Virus record (IMG/VR): IMGVR_UViG_3300042484_002457
Span: 1 to 64,000 of that record
Direction: 5' to 3' (one strand)
Length of the DNA: 64,000 bases
Position 1 is the stretch's first letter. Every line of letters starts with the position of its first letter. Of this stretch, positions 1 to 9,767 are shown in pieces. The position numbers were made by a program, and so were the translations under genes. Under the pieces are notes generated by a model that had not been told where the DNA came from, did no database searches, and saw only the letters and a list, made by a program, of their open reading frames with translations.

Positions 1-2
1 TC

Positions 3-971
3 ACAAGTACCCCTAACTCAGACGAAGACCAGTTTGCTTATATCTGGAAGGGTGCCAACAAGATTGAAGACGAATTTGGCAATCTGCGACCCAATGGCCT
101 TGGCATCAACGGTTTCAAAGCGTTTCGCGCTTTCTGGCGCGAGCATCCAGATCGTGATGATAAGTGGGCCGAAGAACAGCGTAGCCAACTGGGAGATGAA
201 CGTTTCCGTCGTGAAATGGACTGTGATTTTGTTATCAATGATGAAACATTGATTGCTCCTATCAAGCTGCTGGAAATAGAAGGGGTAGAACCCATACGTA
301 AAACAGGGCAAGTGCGTTGGTATCGCAATATAGAGCCTGACAAAATGTATATTGTTGCCCTTGACCCAAGCCTGGGCACAGGCGGAGATCCTGCAGCCAT
401 ACAGGTGTTTGAAGCAGACACCACACACCAAGTAGCAGAATGGCGCCACAATCGCAGTGATATCCCCACACAGATCAAGACCATGGTTGATATCATCAAA
501 GAGCTTCATTTGGTGACAAAGAACGAAAAACGCATTTACTTTTCAGTAGAGAACAATACCATTGGTGAAGCTGCACTGTTGAGTATTGCAGAATACGGGG
601 AAGAAAACATTCCTGGATACTTTTTGAGTGACAACAGTGTGGTAACTGGAACCAGCAGAAAGTTTCGCAAAGGGTTCAACACCACGCACAAGTCCAAGCT
701 CACAGCTTGCAACAAGTTTAAAATTCTAGTGGAATCTGGACGTATGAAAATATACTCCAAGCCCTTGGTTACTGAACTCAAAACATTTGTGGCTTCAGGC
801 ACTAGTTTTGCAGCAAAACCCGGAGAAACAGACGATCTTGTGATGTCAAGTTTGCTGGCAACTCGCATGCTGTTGCTGCTGCAAAGCTATCATACCGAGC
901 TTGACAGTCACCTCAAAGACCACACAGACAGCATAATTGAGCCTTATCCGTTCATAGCACTGCTTCGATAA
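3..971 (+). CDS. Terminase large subunit (T4 gp17-like), C-terminal part; 5' end lies outside the window
   Basis: Frame is open from nt 3 (TSTPNSDEDQF...WREHPDRDDKW...RFRREMDCDF). RNase H-like nuclease motifs VALDPSLGTGGD, VENNTIG, GFNTT and DDLVMS. Confidence 0.9.
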   Translation, partial: TSTPNSDEDQFAYIWKGANKIEDEFGNLRPNGLGINGFKAFRAFWREHPDRDDKWAEEQRSQLGDERFRREMDCDFVINDETLIAPIKLLEIEGVEPIRKTGQVRWYRNIEPDKMYIVALDPSLGTGGDPAAIQVFEADTTHQVAEWRHNRSDIPTQIKTMVDIIKELHLVTKNEKRIYFSVENNTIGEAALLSIAEYGEENIPGYFLSDNSVVTGTSRKFRKGFNTTHKSKLTACNKFKILVESGRMKIYSKPLVTELKTFVASGTSFAAKPGETDDLVMSSLLATRMLLLLQSYHTELDSHLKDHTDSIIEPYPFIALLR

Positions 972-981
972 ATACACAACC

Positions 982-3471
982 ATGGCTACACAAAACACTA
1001 TTGAACAACAATTACAAGACACTCTTGCCACCCGGAATTTTGAAACAGAAATGCTGGGCGCAGATGGTAAACCTACAAATCAAGTACAAGACGCAAAAAC
1101 TTTTACTTTTGATTATGTGTCAGGATCAGGTAAAAACTACGGAACCATGGTCATTGTGCTTGATACTGACAATGACATGAAAATCATGTACGGTGACAAT
1201 CTGGGACGTACCATGGAGCCACAAGACAAAGATGAATTCTTTGATTTTCTAGAGCACATGGGACTCTTGGCTCGTCGCAATCGTTGGACACGTACCACAC
1301 AAGATATAAACCAACTCAAGTACACCATGCAAGGTCTTGCAGCCATCAAAGAAGGCTTGTTTGAAGGTTACTATGGTAATCGAATTGTGAGCTACAGCGG
1401 CCAGCCCACTGAAGCCAGACTCATGATCCGACACAGTCAACAGCTAGGTGAGGATGATGCTAGATATCGTCACGTGGAAAGTATTTTTATTGAAACCACT
1501 GACGGTGAAAGATTCAAACTAGAGTCTCGTAGTTTGTCAGCAGCCCGTGCCATGCTGGAACATGTGCGTCAGGGTGGCAAGCCCTATGATGTACGTGGCA
1601 GTCATATTACAGAAATGATACGAGAAGTTGCAGTATTGAGCAGATTCAATCGTGCCAGCAGCCGTCGTGTAATGGAAGGTGTCACACAGCAAATTGTAGA
1701 ACAGGCCCAGCATTACTACAAACAACTGCGTGAAAACATCAAACATCTAGCAGCACCACGTGGATACAAATCTTATTTTGAAACATGGCATCCTGCAACA
1801 ATAACTGAGCAGGATGAGTTGGTTGAAGGTATCAAGAATTTATTCATTGAGCAACGTATTGATTCCAGAATTGAAGAAGCTTTACCGTTGCTGGCTAGAT
1901 TACAAAAACAAGGACAAGATATGAAAGAAATTAAAATGTTTGAATCTTGGGTAGAGACCCTGGGCGAAGGCACTTGGGCATTGCCCGACGACCCCGAAAC
2001 TCAGCAAAAGCTCAATGACCTAATGGCCAAAGAACTCATTGTTGGCCCCGACGCTACCAATGCTACTGAACAATTATATGATGTGGTTGGCGACGATGAA
2101 TTGTTTGACATACTACAAGACCTAGCACAGAGATCTGATGGTCGCGCCAACGTCTGGGACGATACTGATGTTCAACGTAGATTGAAAGAACTTGGAGTTC
2201 AATTGCCTACACCCAGTGCAGGTCTTGAGCAACCAGCACCTACTCCCCCAGCAGGCGGCGCACCTGGTGCAGCATCCCCTCCAATGATGGAAGCAATCTT
2301 GGACGAGAGTGGCGAAACACTGGACCATATTTTGAGTAGATTCAAAAATGAAGTCAAGCGATTTGAAACTGGCGACGACTTGGACAATGATTTGTACTAT
2401 GCACTGTTTGACTATTACTCAGACGCTGGCGAAATACCTTATGGTATTGCCAAAGGTCGCGACGGTGACCCGTATGAGTGGATTACTGATCGACTTGATC
2501 AGGAATTGGGCACTGGCAACTATGCACCACGATTGCCTGAAGCTGATAACATGGCCACTTTTGTTGAAGGCAACGGCTGTAACATGACCATGGAAGGCGA
2601 ATATTGTCCAGAACACGGTTTAATGGAATGTGGCATGATGGAAATGGGAACAGTAGCCGGCGGTGTAGCTACTGTAATGGGCGAACAAGACACAGCCGAA
2701 GGCATGTTGGGTAATCCAGGGCAAGAAGACAGCCCAGCTGCACAAGCAATCACACGTAGAATTTTGATGCAACGCACAGACTTGCTGGCCAAGTACGGTC
2801 CAGAAAAAGTTATGAGTGCTATTGACGAAGTTGCTGACTTTGTGGGCGATGTAGACGAGATTGGAAGTAGTGATGTTTCAGGTTGGGTTCGACAGGTAGA
2901 GCAAATGCTGGGCAACATGAAACAAGGCATGGCTGAAGGCTCAGGAACAAACAAAACACATTTAGCAATGGCATATCTAAAAGCAGTAGTCATGGCTCCT
3001 ATGGGAACCCCAGAAAAAAGAAGAATACTAAATTGGCAACAGATACTATCAAATCAATTTGATATCGAAATGGATCCTGCTACCCTTGCTCAAATGCTAC
3101 CACAACTTGACAGTCAGTTACAGTCAGGCAATCTGGATAAACTACAAAACCGAATGGCTAGTCGTGGCGAACTTGAAATAGGCGAGAGCGAGCAAGGTGT
3201 GGCGGAGGTTAGTGATGCTACGCTAACCAGTTATCTAACAAAATTAGATAAAGATAATCTTAAACACAGAATGGATCCCACAAAACGCAGTGACACAAAA
3301 CGCATGAAAAGTGGTCCTAATTTTGTTAAAGCGTTTACCAAATTGGATAATAGAAAGCAAGGTGTGGCGGAGGCTGATGATCCGATCAACTACAATGCAG
3401 CCATAACCGGCAGCTATTATGAATCTCAAGATCCATTGGCAAGAATAAAATCGCTAGCCCTGCGCAAGTGA
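982..3471 (+). CDS. Large acidic modular protein, probable virion head/internal protein
   Basis: 829-aa ORF; TAAATA 7 nt upstream; C-terminal modules delimited by QG[VM]AE motifs. Confidence 0.55.
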   Translation: MATQNTIEQQLQDTLATRNFETEMLGADGKPTNQVQDAKTFTFDYVSGSGKNYGTMVIVLDTDNDMKIMYGDNLGRTMEPQDKDEFFDFLEHMGLLARRNRWTRTTQDINQLKYTMQGLAAIKEGLFEGYYGNRIVSYSGQPTEARLMIRHSQQLGEDDARYRHVESIFIETTDGERFKLESRSLSAARAMLEHVRQGGKPYDVRGSHITEMIREVAVLSRFNRASSRRVMEGVTQQIVEQAQHYYKQLRENIKHLAAPRGYKSYFETWHPATITEQDELVEGIKNLFIEQRIDSRIEEALPLLARLQKQGQDMKEIKMFESWVETLGEGTWALPDDPETQQKLNDLMAKELIVGPDATNATEQLYDVVGDDELFDILQDLAQRSDGRANVWDDTDVQRRLKELGVQLPTPSAGLEQPAPTPPAGGAPGAASPPMMEAILDESGETLDHILSRFKNEVKRFETGDDLDNDLYYALFDYYSDAGEIPYGIAKGRDGDPYEWITDRLDQELGTGNYAPRLPEADNMATFVEGNGCNMTMEGEYCPEHGLMECGMMEMGTVAGGVATVMGEQDTAEGMLGNPGQEDSPAAQAITRRILMQRTDLLAKYGPEKVMSAIDEVADFVGDVDEIGSSDVSGWVRQVEQMLGNMKQGMAEGSGTNKTHLAMAYLKAVVMAPMGTPEKRRILNWQQILSNQFDIEMDPATLAQMLPQLDSQLQSGNLDKLQNRMASRGELEIGESEQGVAEVSDATLTSYLTKLDKDNLKHRMDPTKRSDTKRMKSGPNFVKAFTKLDNRKQGVAEADDPINYNAAITGSYYESQDPLARIKSLALRK
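2923..3373 (+). repeat. In-frame direct repeats encoding QG[VM]AE
   Basis: AGCAAGGTGTGGCGGAGG is identical at 3191-3208 and 3356-3373; degenerate CAAGGCATGGCTGAAGGC at 2923-2940. Confidence 0.85.
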
Positions 3472-3473
3472 CA

Positions 3474-3656
3474 TAAATAAACGCATAAAAGAAGGGCATG
3501 TAGTGGCATGCTCTTCCGTAAACAACTAGATAGGCAAAGTTCATTACCGTAAAGGTAGGAAGCACAGACAAGCTGTGTTAAAATAACTTGTAGGCAACAT
3601 TTAAGCAAGACTTAAATTTTTTAAATCATATTAACGCACATGAAAGGCAACACAAT
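3474..3656 (+). promoter_or_regulatory. TAAATA promoter plus multi-hairpin 5' leader of the ssDNA-binding protein gene
   Basis: TAAATA 3474-3479; hairpins 3491-3516, 3544-3558, 3561-3579 and 3599-3617. Confidence 0.55.
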
Positions 3657-4658
3657 ATGGCATCCTTAGCAGAAATTCGCGCACGTTTACAAGCATCCGA
3701 AAACAAAGGCTCTCAGAGCACAGGCGGTGGCGACAGGTCAATTTACCCGCACTGGAACATGGAAGAAGGACAAAGCGCAACGCTGCGATTCCTTCCCGAT
3801 GGAAACCCCAAAAACACATTCTTCTGGCAAGAGCGAGCCATGATCCGACTGCCCTTCAACGGCATCAAAGGTGAAATGGAAAGCAAGCAGGTCATGGTAC
3901 AAGTACCCTGCGTGGAAATGTGGGGCGATGCTTGCCCAATCTTGGCAGAAGTACGCACCTGGTTCAAGGACAAGAGTCTTGAAGACATGGGTCGCAAATA
4001 TTGGAAGAAGCGCAGCTACATCTTCCAAGGCTTTGTTCGTGAGAACCCCATCTCTGATGACACTACTCCGGACAATCCAATCCGTAAATTTATCATTGGT
4101 CCGCAATTGTTTACCTTGATCAAATCAGCTTTGATGGATCCTGAATTGGAAGAACTACCTACCGACTACATGCGTGGCCTTGACTTCCGTATCACCAAGA
4201 CTGCCAAGGGTGGATATGCTGATTACAACACTTCCAAGTGGGCACGTAAAGAGTCGGCACTAACTGAAGCAGAACAAGCAGCAGTTGACGCTCATGGCTT
4301 GTTTGACTTGAGCACATTCTTACCCAAGCGCCCAGGCGATGTCGAGTTGAAGGTGATTAAAGAGATGTTTGAAGCATCAGTTGACGGTCAACCATACGAT
4401 ACAGAACGTTGGGGTCAGTACTTCCGTCCAGCAGGTGTTAATGCACCAGGCGGCGCAAGTGGTGATGCAGAAACTCCAGCACCTGCCGCAGCACCTGCCC
4501 CGTCAGCTCGCCCAGCAGCACCTGCTCCAGTAGCAGAAACTCCTGCTTGGGAAGATGACGCAGCAGAAGCAGCAGCAGCACCGGTAGTTAAGCCAGCAGC
4601 TACTGGTCAAAATGCGCAAGACATTTTGGCTATGATTCGATCAAGACAAAAACAATAA
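3657..4658 (+). CDS. Single-stranded DNA-binding protein (T4 gp32-like)
   Basis: LRFLPDG, CPIL, YWKKRSY, G.DFRITK..KGGYADYNTSKW; Ala/Pro/acidic tail; next to UvsX and UvsY. Confidence 0.88.
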   Translation: MASLAEIRARLQASENKGSQSTGGGDRSIYPHWNMEEGQSATLRFLPDGNPKNTFFWQERAMIRLPFNGIKGEMESKQVMVQVPCVEMWGDACPILAEVRTWFKDKSLEDMGRKYWKKRSYIFQGFVRENPISDDTTPDNPIRKFIIGPQLFTLIKSALMDPELEELPTDYMRGLDFRITKTAKGGYADYNTSKWARKESALTEAEQAAVDAHGLFDLSTFLPKRPGDVELKVIKEMFEASVDGQPYDTERWGQYFRPAGVNAPGGASGDAETPAPAAAPAPSARPAAPAPVAETPAWEDDAAEAAAAPVVKPAATGQNAQDILAMIRSRQKQ

Positions 4659-4661
4659 TGC

Positions 4662-5573
4662 ATGGCGTACTGTATTGATTACAGAGCAGGAAGCATGGGT
4701 AATACTATATTAACCCATGCTTTGTTTGCTTGCAATCAGATTGATATAGACTTAACTAAATTTTTTAGCAAAAGCGGAAACGCCCATGCTCTAATTAATC
4801 GTACCAATTTAATTGAAGAACACTTGATTTAATACCCACACGACTCTACTCATTGTGTTTTAGAAGTTATGTCGGTTGATTGGTGGGAAGTTTTAAGACT
4901 GAAGATGGTATACCATAAGTTATATGGAACGTGTCCTACTATAGATAACATATCAACGTTCTATAATCATGTTATAAATTTGTCTGACCAAGAACAATCA
5001 CGGTTATGGCGGGAGTTTTATACAGTTTTCAAAGATCCGTCTTGGCCTGATTGTGCATCATACAATGATATTTTAATGTTGCCACAAGAGATACAAGAAG
5101 AAATTAGTAACGCATATATCAAACCGACTGTAACACTGGAATCAGAATTACAGTTTGTAGAATGGTTAACAACTGCATACTACGATGGATTTTGCAAACA
5201 TCCAGTAAAGAACTTTGAATCTGCTAATACAATGTTATTGGGCGACTACGTGCAAGGGAGATTTCAAGAATTAATTGATGTATGTACAAAAACATTACAT
5301 TGGACTTGGGATGTTGAACGCAGCCAGCAATTTTATAATAAAGTAACTGAAGTTAACTATCCATACTTATATTGGCTAGAACAAATAAAACAAGCAACTG
5401 ATGACGTTATGAACAAACGCATAATTACTACTAAATTTGATCTTTGGGAACAAGCGATTATAATTGCAAAAGTATGTGAATTCACACAACAGTCTCCATT
5501 GAATTTAAAATGGAACAATGCTGGTCGTGATACTAACAAAAATAATTTATACTTAGATATACTAAAGGATTAA
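4662..5573 (+). pseudogene. AT-rich hypothetical gene interrupted by one in-frame TAA (4830-4832)
   Basis: ATG 4662 (MAYCIDYRAGSMGNT...EEHLI*YPHDS...) is in frame with the 4869-5573 ORF. Confidence 0.65.
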
Positions 5574-5575
5574 CC

Positions 5576-6631
5576 ATGGCAAAACCATTTGACATTAGCA
5601 AGTTCCGCAAGGACATCACTAAGAGCATCGACGGCCTTAGTATCGGATTTAACGATCCTACTGATTGGATTAGTACTGGCAATTTTGCCTTGAATTATCT
5701 CATCTCAGGCGACTTTAACAAGGGAATTCCTTTAGGTAAAGTCACTGTGTTTGCTGGTGAATCAGGTGCTGGTAAAAGTTACATCTGTTCTGGAAATATT
5801 GTTAAGCATGCACAAGAACAAGGTATTTTTGTTATCTTAGTTGACTCAGAAAACGCACTTGACGAGAAGTGGTTGCATGCACTTGGAGTAGATACTGACG
5901 AAAGTAAGCTACTCAAACTTAATATGGCTATGATAGATGACGTAGCTAAAACAATTTCAACATTTATGATTGATTACAAAGCACTTCCAGATGGCGAACG
6001 CATGAAAGTACTATTTGTGATTGATTCGTTGGGTATGTTGTTGACACCAACTGACGTTAATCAGTTTGAAGCAGGTGATATGAAGGGTGACATGGGTCGT
6101 AAGCCTAAAGCACTAACAGCACTTGTTCGTAATTGTGTAAACATGTTTGGCTCGCATAACGTTGGTTTAGTAGCAACTAACCACACATACGCATCACAAG
6201 ATATGTTTGACCCAGATGATAAAATCTCTGGAGGTCAAGGTTTCATTTACGCATCGTCAATCGTTGTTGCGATGAAGAAAATGAAGTTAAAAGAAGACGA
6301 AGACGGTAACAAAGTTTCTGAAGTGAACGGTATCCGTGCTGGCTGCAAGATTATGAAAACACGTTATGCAAAACCTTTTGAGGGTGTGCAAGTGAAAATT
6401 CCGTATTCAACAGGCATGAGCCCATATAGCGGAATGGTAGACCTGGCCGAGAAAAAAGGTTTGCTCAAGCGTGAAGGCAATAGTTTGGTATTCACTACAA
6501 GTGATGGAGAAATTATTAAGAAGTTTCGTAAAGCATGGGAAAAGAACGATGACGGTTGTTTAGACAAAGTCATTCAAGATTTTGGCAATCAGAAGGAAGA
6601 GGTAAGTACCGTTGAAGGAGATGAAGAATGA
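5576..6631 (+). CDS. uvsX: RecA/UvsX recombinase
   Basis: Walker A GESGAGKS, DSENA, VIDSLGML, ISGGQGFIYASS, KTRYAKPF. Confidence 0.93.
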   Translation: MAKPFDISKFRKDITKSIDGLSIGFNDPTDWISTGNFALNYLISGDFNKGIPLGKVTVFAGESGAGKSYICSGNIVKHAQEQGIFVILVDSENALDEKWLHALGVDTDESKLLKLNMAMIDDVAKTISTFMIDYKALPDGERMKVLFVIDSLGMLLTPTDVNQFEAGDMKGDMGRKPKALTALVRNCVNMFGSHNVGLVATNHTYASQDMFDPDDKISGGQGFIYASSIVVAMKKMKLKEDEDGNKVSEVNGIRAGCKIMKTRYAKPFEGVQVKIPYSTGMSPYSGMVDLAEKKGLLKREGNSLVFTTSDGEIIKKFRKAWEKNDDGCLDKVIQDFGNQKEEVSTVEGDEE

Positions 6632-6873
6632 GCGAATCAATTGCAGCAGAAATTTGGGGTGAACTCAAAAGGTTTGTTAACACCGTAGACCGTGCAGAAG
6701 CAGCCGAGACCTTGGTAGCGGTACTAATTGATCATGACGAAAGTGCAGAAAGCATCCGCAATGCTTTCAAAGGAGACGCAGACGTCAAACGTGCTTTGGC
6801 AGTTTATTTAGATACCGACGCCGAATACGAAGACGAAGAGCCCGAAGACGACGACAACGATTGGGAAAACTAA
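6628..6873 (+). CDS. Hypothetical acidic protein
   Basis: 81-aa ORF coupled to uvsX and uvsY. Confidence 0.65.
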   Translation: MSESIAAEIWGELKRFVNTVDRAEAAETLVAVLIDHDESAESIRNAFKGDADVKRALAVYLDTDAEYEDEEPEDDDNDWEN

Positions 6874-7326
6874 ATGTGGTACAGCCGCGTGGTGGCTAGC
6901 TTGGATGCCTTGCCCGATTTTATTCAGCACTACGAGCGTGAGCTTGATGGTGCTAGGGCAGACTGCAAAGTTGGCGGTTTGATTGAACGCAACATCAAAG
7001 AACTGCCGGGCACCACAGAGTACAGATTCAACCAGCTGCAAGAAATTGAAGCTGTGTTGAACTATCTCAACATTCAGTTGCGCAAAATCCGTCGCAAACA
7101 CTTTCAGAAATATCTAGAAGGATATGCTAGAGCACTTACCAGCCGGGATGCTGAAAAGTATGTGGACGGTGAAGACGAAGTGATTGATTACGAAACCATT
7201 ATCAACGAAGTTGCATATTTGCGAAATCGTTGGTTGGGTATCATGAAAGGTCTTGACAGCAAACAGTGGATGTCGGGGCACATTGTAAAATTGCGGGCAG
7301 CCGGAATGGAAGATATATCTTTGTGA
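6874..7326 (+). CDS. uvsY: UvsY-like recombination mediator
   Basis: Helical 150 aa, KYLEGY..ALTSRDAEKYVDGE; located after uvsX. Confidence 0.75.
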   Translation: MWYSRVVASLDALPDFIQHYERELDGARADCKVGGLIERNIKELPGTTEYRFNQLQEIEAVLNYLNIQLRKIRRKHFQKYLEGYARALTSRDAEKYVDGEDEVIDYETIINEVAYLRNRWLGIMKGLDSKQWMSGHIVKLRAAGMEDISL

Positions 7327-7351
7327 CGGTTGCGTCACTGTAAATAATGCT

Positions 7352-8116
7352 ATGAAAATTGTACTTGTTACCGGCGGATTTGACCCTGTTCATTCCGGAC
7401 ACCTTGCCTACTTCAAAGCTGCCCGCACCCTAGGCGATCAGCTAATTGTGGGTCTTAATTCAGATGCTTGGCTAACCCGTAAAAAAGGTCGGCCATTCAT
7501 GCCCATGAGCGAACGGTTCGCACTCACAAGCAACCTTGTGATGGTAGACGAAGTTGTGACATTTGATGACTCAGATGGTTCTAGCTCAGACGCTATTAGA
7601 ATAGTCCGTGCTAGATATCCTGATGCTGATATTGTGTTTGCCAACGGTGGCGATAGAACCCAAGACAACATTCCTGAAATGAGTGTGCAAGATCCACACC
7701 TGGAATTTGCGTTTGGGGTCGGTGGTGAAGACAAAAAGAACAGTTCAAGTTGGATTCTTGAAGACTGGAAAAAACCCCGAACTGAACGTGCCTGGGGCCA
7801 TTATCGTGTGTTGCACGAAGTGGGCAATCATGTCAAACTCAAAGAACTTACAGTTACACCAAAAACATGCCTGAGCATGCAACGGCATGAAAATCGTGCG
7901 GAGTTTTGGTTTGTGGCCGAAGGTGAAGCCACAGTGTACACCGTGGACCCACACAGTACAGATTACGACTTGTTGGCCAGTCCAGCAAGGCACCAGCATA
8001 CTTGGATTCAACTCAACGAATGGCATCAGCTGTGCAACGAAACAGACCAACCTCTACGACTGATTGAAATCCAATACGGCGAAAACTGTGTGGAAGAAGA
8101 TATTGAACGCCGATGA
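7352..8116 (+). CDS. Cytidylyltransferase-family (RfaE/TagD-like) domain fused to a mannose-6-phosphate-isomerase-type cupin
   Basis: TGGFDPVHSGH (HxGH), GLNSD.WL.RKKG, FANGGDR, SSSWIL; then R.WG.Y.VL and LSMQRH..RAEFW. Confidence 0.85.
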   Translation: MKIVLVTGGFDPVHSGHLAYFKAARTLGDQLIVGLNSDAWLTRKKGRPFMPMSERFALTSNLVMVDEVVTFDDSDGSSSDAIRIVRARYPDADIVFANGGDRTQDNIPEMSVQDPHLEFAFGVGGEDKKNSSSWILEDWKKPRTERAWGHYRVLHEVGNHVKLKELTVTPKTCLSMQRHENRAEFWFVAEGEATVYTVDPHSTDYDLLASPARHQHTWIQLNEWHQLCNETDQPLRLIEIQYGENCVEEDIERR

Positions 8117-8796
8117 AACCAATTCCTGTATTTGTGGGATACGACCCACGTGAAGCTATTGCTTACCATACCTGTGCAAACTCAATCATACGCAACAGTT
8201 CACAGCCTGTGGCCATTGTGCCAGTGGCACTGAATCTGTTTCAAGACTATGCAGAAACCCACACAGACGGATCTAACCACTTTATCTACACACGCTTCCT
8301 GGTACCTTATCTTTGTGATTTTGCTGGTCATGCTATTTTCATTGATGGCGACATGATTGTGCGAGGCGATATTGCGGAACTATGGGCACTGCGTGACGCT
8401 AGCAAAGACGTACAAGTGGTCAAGCATGACTACAAGACTCGTATGCCAGTAAAATATCTAGGAGCAAAAAATGAAGACTATCCTCGAAAAAATTGGAGTA
8501 GTGTTATTCTGTGGAATTGTAATAGCTTTCCTAACAGGAAACTTACTCCCGAGTTCATCCAACAATCCACGGGCAGTGAGCTCCACCGCTTCTCGTGGCT
8601 AGAAGATGAACGTATTGACGAACTTCCGCCCGAATGGAACTGGTTGCCTGATGAATATGGGCCAAATGCCGACGCCAAGTTACTGCATTACACACTTGGC
8701 ACGCCATGCTTTCAGGAGTTTGCTGATACCCCACAAGGCAATGAGTGGCACCGTGAACGTATACTCACTGAATACTGCCAACAAAGAGATATTTAA
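8113..8796 (+). CDS. Glycosyltransferase (GT-A fold, GT8-like)
   Basis: FVGYDPRE, FIYTRFLVP, DxD (IDGDM), YPRKNWSS, WN.L, LHYTLGTP. Confidence 0.8.
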   Translation: MKPIPVFVGYDPREAIAYHTCANSIIRNSSQPVAIVPVALNLFQDYAETHTDGSNHFIYTRFLVPYLCDFAGHAIFIDGDMIVRGDIAELWALRDASKDVQVVKHDYKTRMPVKYLGAKNEDYPRKNWSSVILWNCNSFPNRKLTPEFIQQSTGSELHRFSWLEDERIDELPPEWNWLPDEYGPNADAKLLHYTLGTPCFQEFADTPQGNEWHRERILTEYCQQRDI

Positions 8797-9767
8797 TGGA
8801 ACAAGAACAACTAGCGCCGCCACCTCGACATATGTTTGACATGGTGCCTGATAACATACGTGCTGTTTTTGACGCTGTATTACAGTATCGTGTAGACCCA
8901 GCTGGCGAATATTATGGAGTGACTGCAAACAGTTTGATGCAACAAATCAACCAACTGTCTAGTGCAGGTGTAGTGGCGATTGACGTTGAGCCTGGCGAAA
9001 CAAAATACAAGGAAAAAGGAAAAATGTTTGATCCAGTTTTACAAAGTTTTGTGCAGGGCTGCGGTGGTCAAATCGGCACCTGGAGCAAGCACGAACAAAG
9101 CATGGCGCCAGCGGTGTTTCGTGGCGTAACCAAACGCAAAGAAATGAAAATTTGCAAAGACACCGGTAGAGATTTCTACTACATTGACACTGGCTATTTT
9201 GGTAATGGTAAAAAGAAAATCTATCATCGTATTACCAAAAACGATGTACAAAATTTTGGTCCTATTATTGATCGCCCAAGTGATCGCGTGGACAGATGCA
9301 ATATTCAGTTGGCCAAGTTTCGCAAACAAGGCAGCAAGGTATTGATTGCTCCACCTAGTCAGAAACTGTTAAATCTCTATAACATCAATCTTGAAGATTG
9401 GTTAACTGAAACACAACAAGAAATAAAAAAACACACTGATCGTCCCATAGACATACGATTGAAAAAAGGACGAACTGAACGTGTAAACACTGACACCATG
9501 GAAATGGCTCTAGCTGACGATGTATACTGCTTGGTTACATTTAGCAGCATTGCAGCAGGAGAAGCTCTGTTACTAGGTAAACCGGCTATTACTCTAGGGC
9601 CAAATGCAGCCGCTGCACTGTGCAGTAACAGCATTAGCGAAATTGAAAACATCAAGATACCCACACTAGATGAAGTTGCTGCGTGGTGTAGACATATTTC
9701 CTATTGTCAATTTACCGAAGCAGAAATGCGTGATGGAACAGCCTGGCGGATTCTCAACGGTGGTTGA
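8796..9767 (+). CDS. Capsule-polysaccharide-synthesis-like (GT-B-like) protein, paralog 1
   Basis: YIDTGYFG, VTFSSIAAGEALLLGKP, W..HISYCQFT..EM.DG.AW. Confidence 0.55.
   Translation: MEQEQLAPPPRHMFDMVPDNIRAVFDAVLQYRVDPAGEYYGVTANSLMQQINQLSSAGVVAIDVEPGETKYKEKGKMFDPVLQSFVQGCGGQIGTWSKHEQSMAPAVFRGVTKRKEMKICKDTGRDFYYIDTGYFGNGKKKIYHRITKNDVQNFGPIIDRPSDRVDRCNIQLAKFRKQGSKVLIAPPSQKLLNLYNINLEDWLTETQQEIKKHTDRPIDIRLKKGRTERVNTDTMEMALADDVYCLVTFSSIAAGEALLLGKPAITLGPNAAAALCSNSISEIENIKIPTLDEVAAWCRHISYCQFTEAEMRDGTAWRILNGG

Noticed and set aside
3191-3373. 18-nt direct repeats as a CRISPR array
   Set aside because: Only two exact copies, 165 nt apart, in frame within a CDS, with no cas genes.
4830-4832. Stop-codon reassignment suggested by the in-frame TAA
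   Set aside because: TAA, TGA and TAG all terminate genes normally elsewhere, and core genes are uninterrupted in the standard code.
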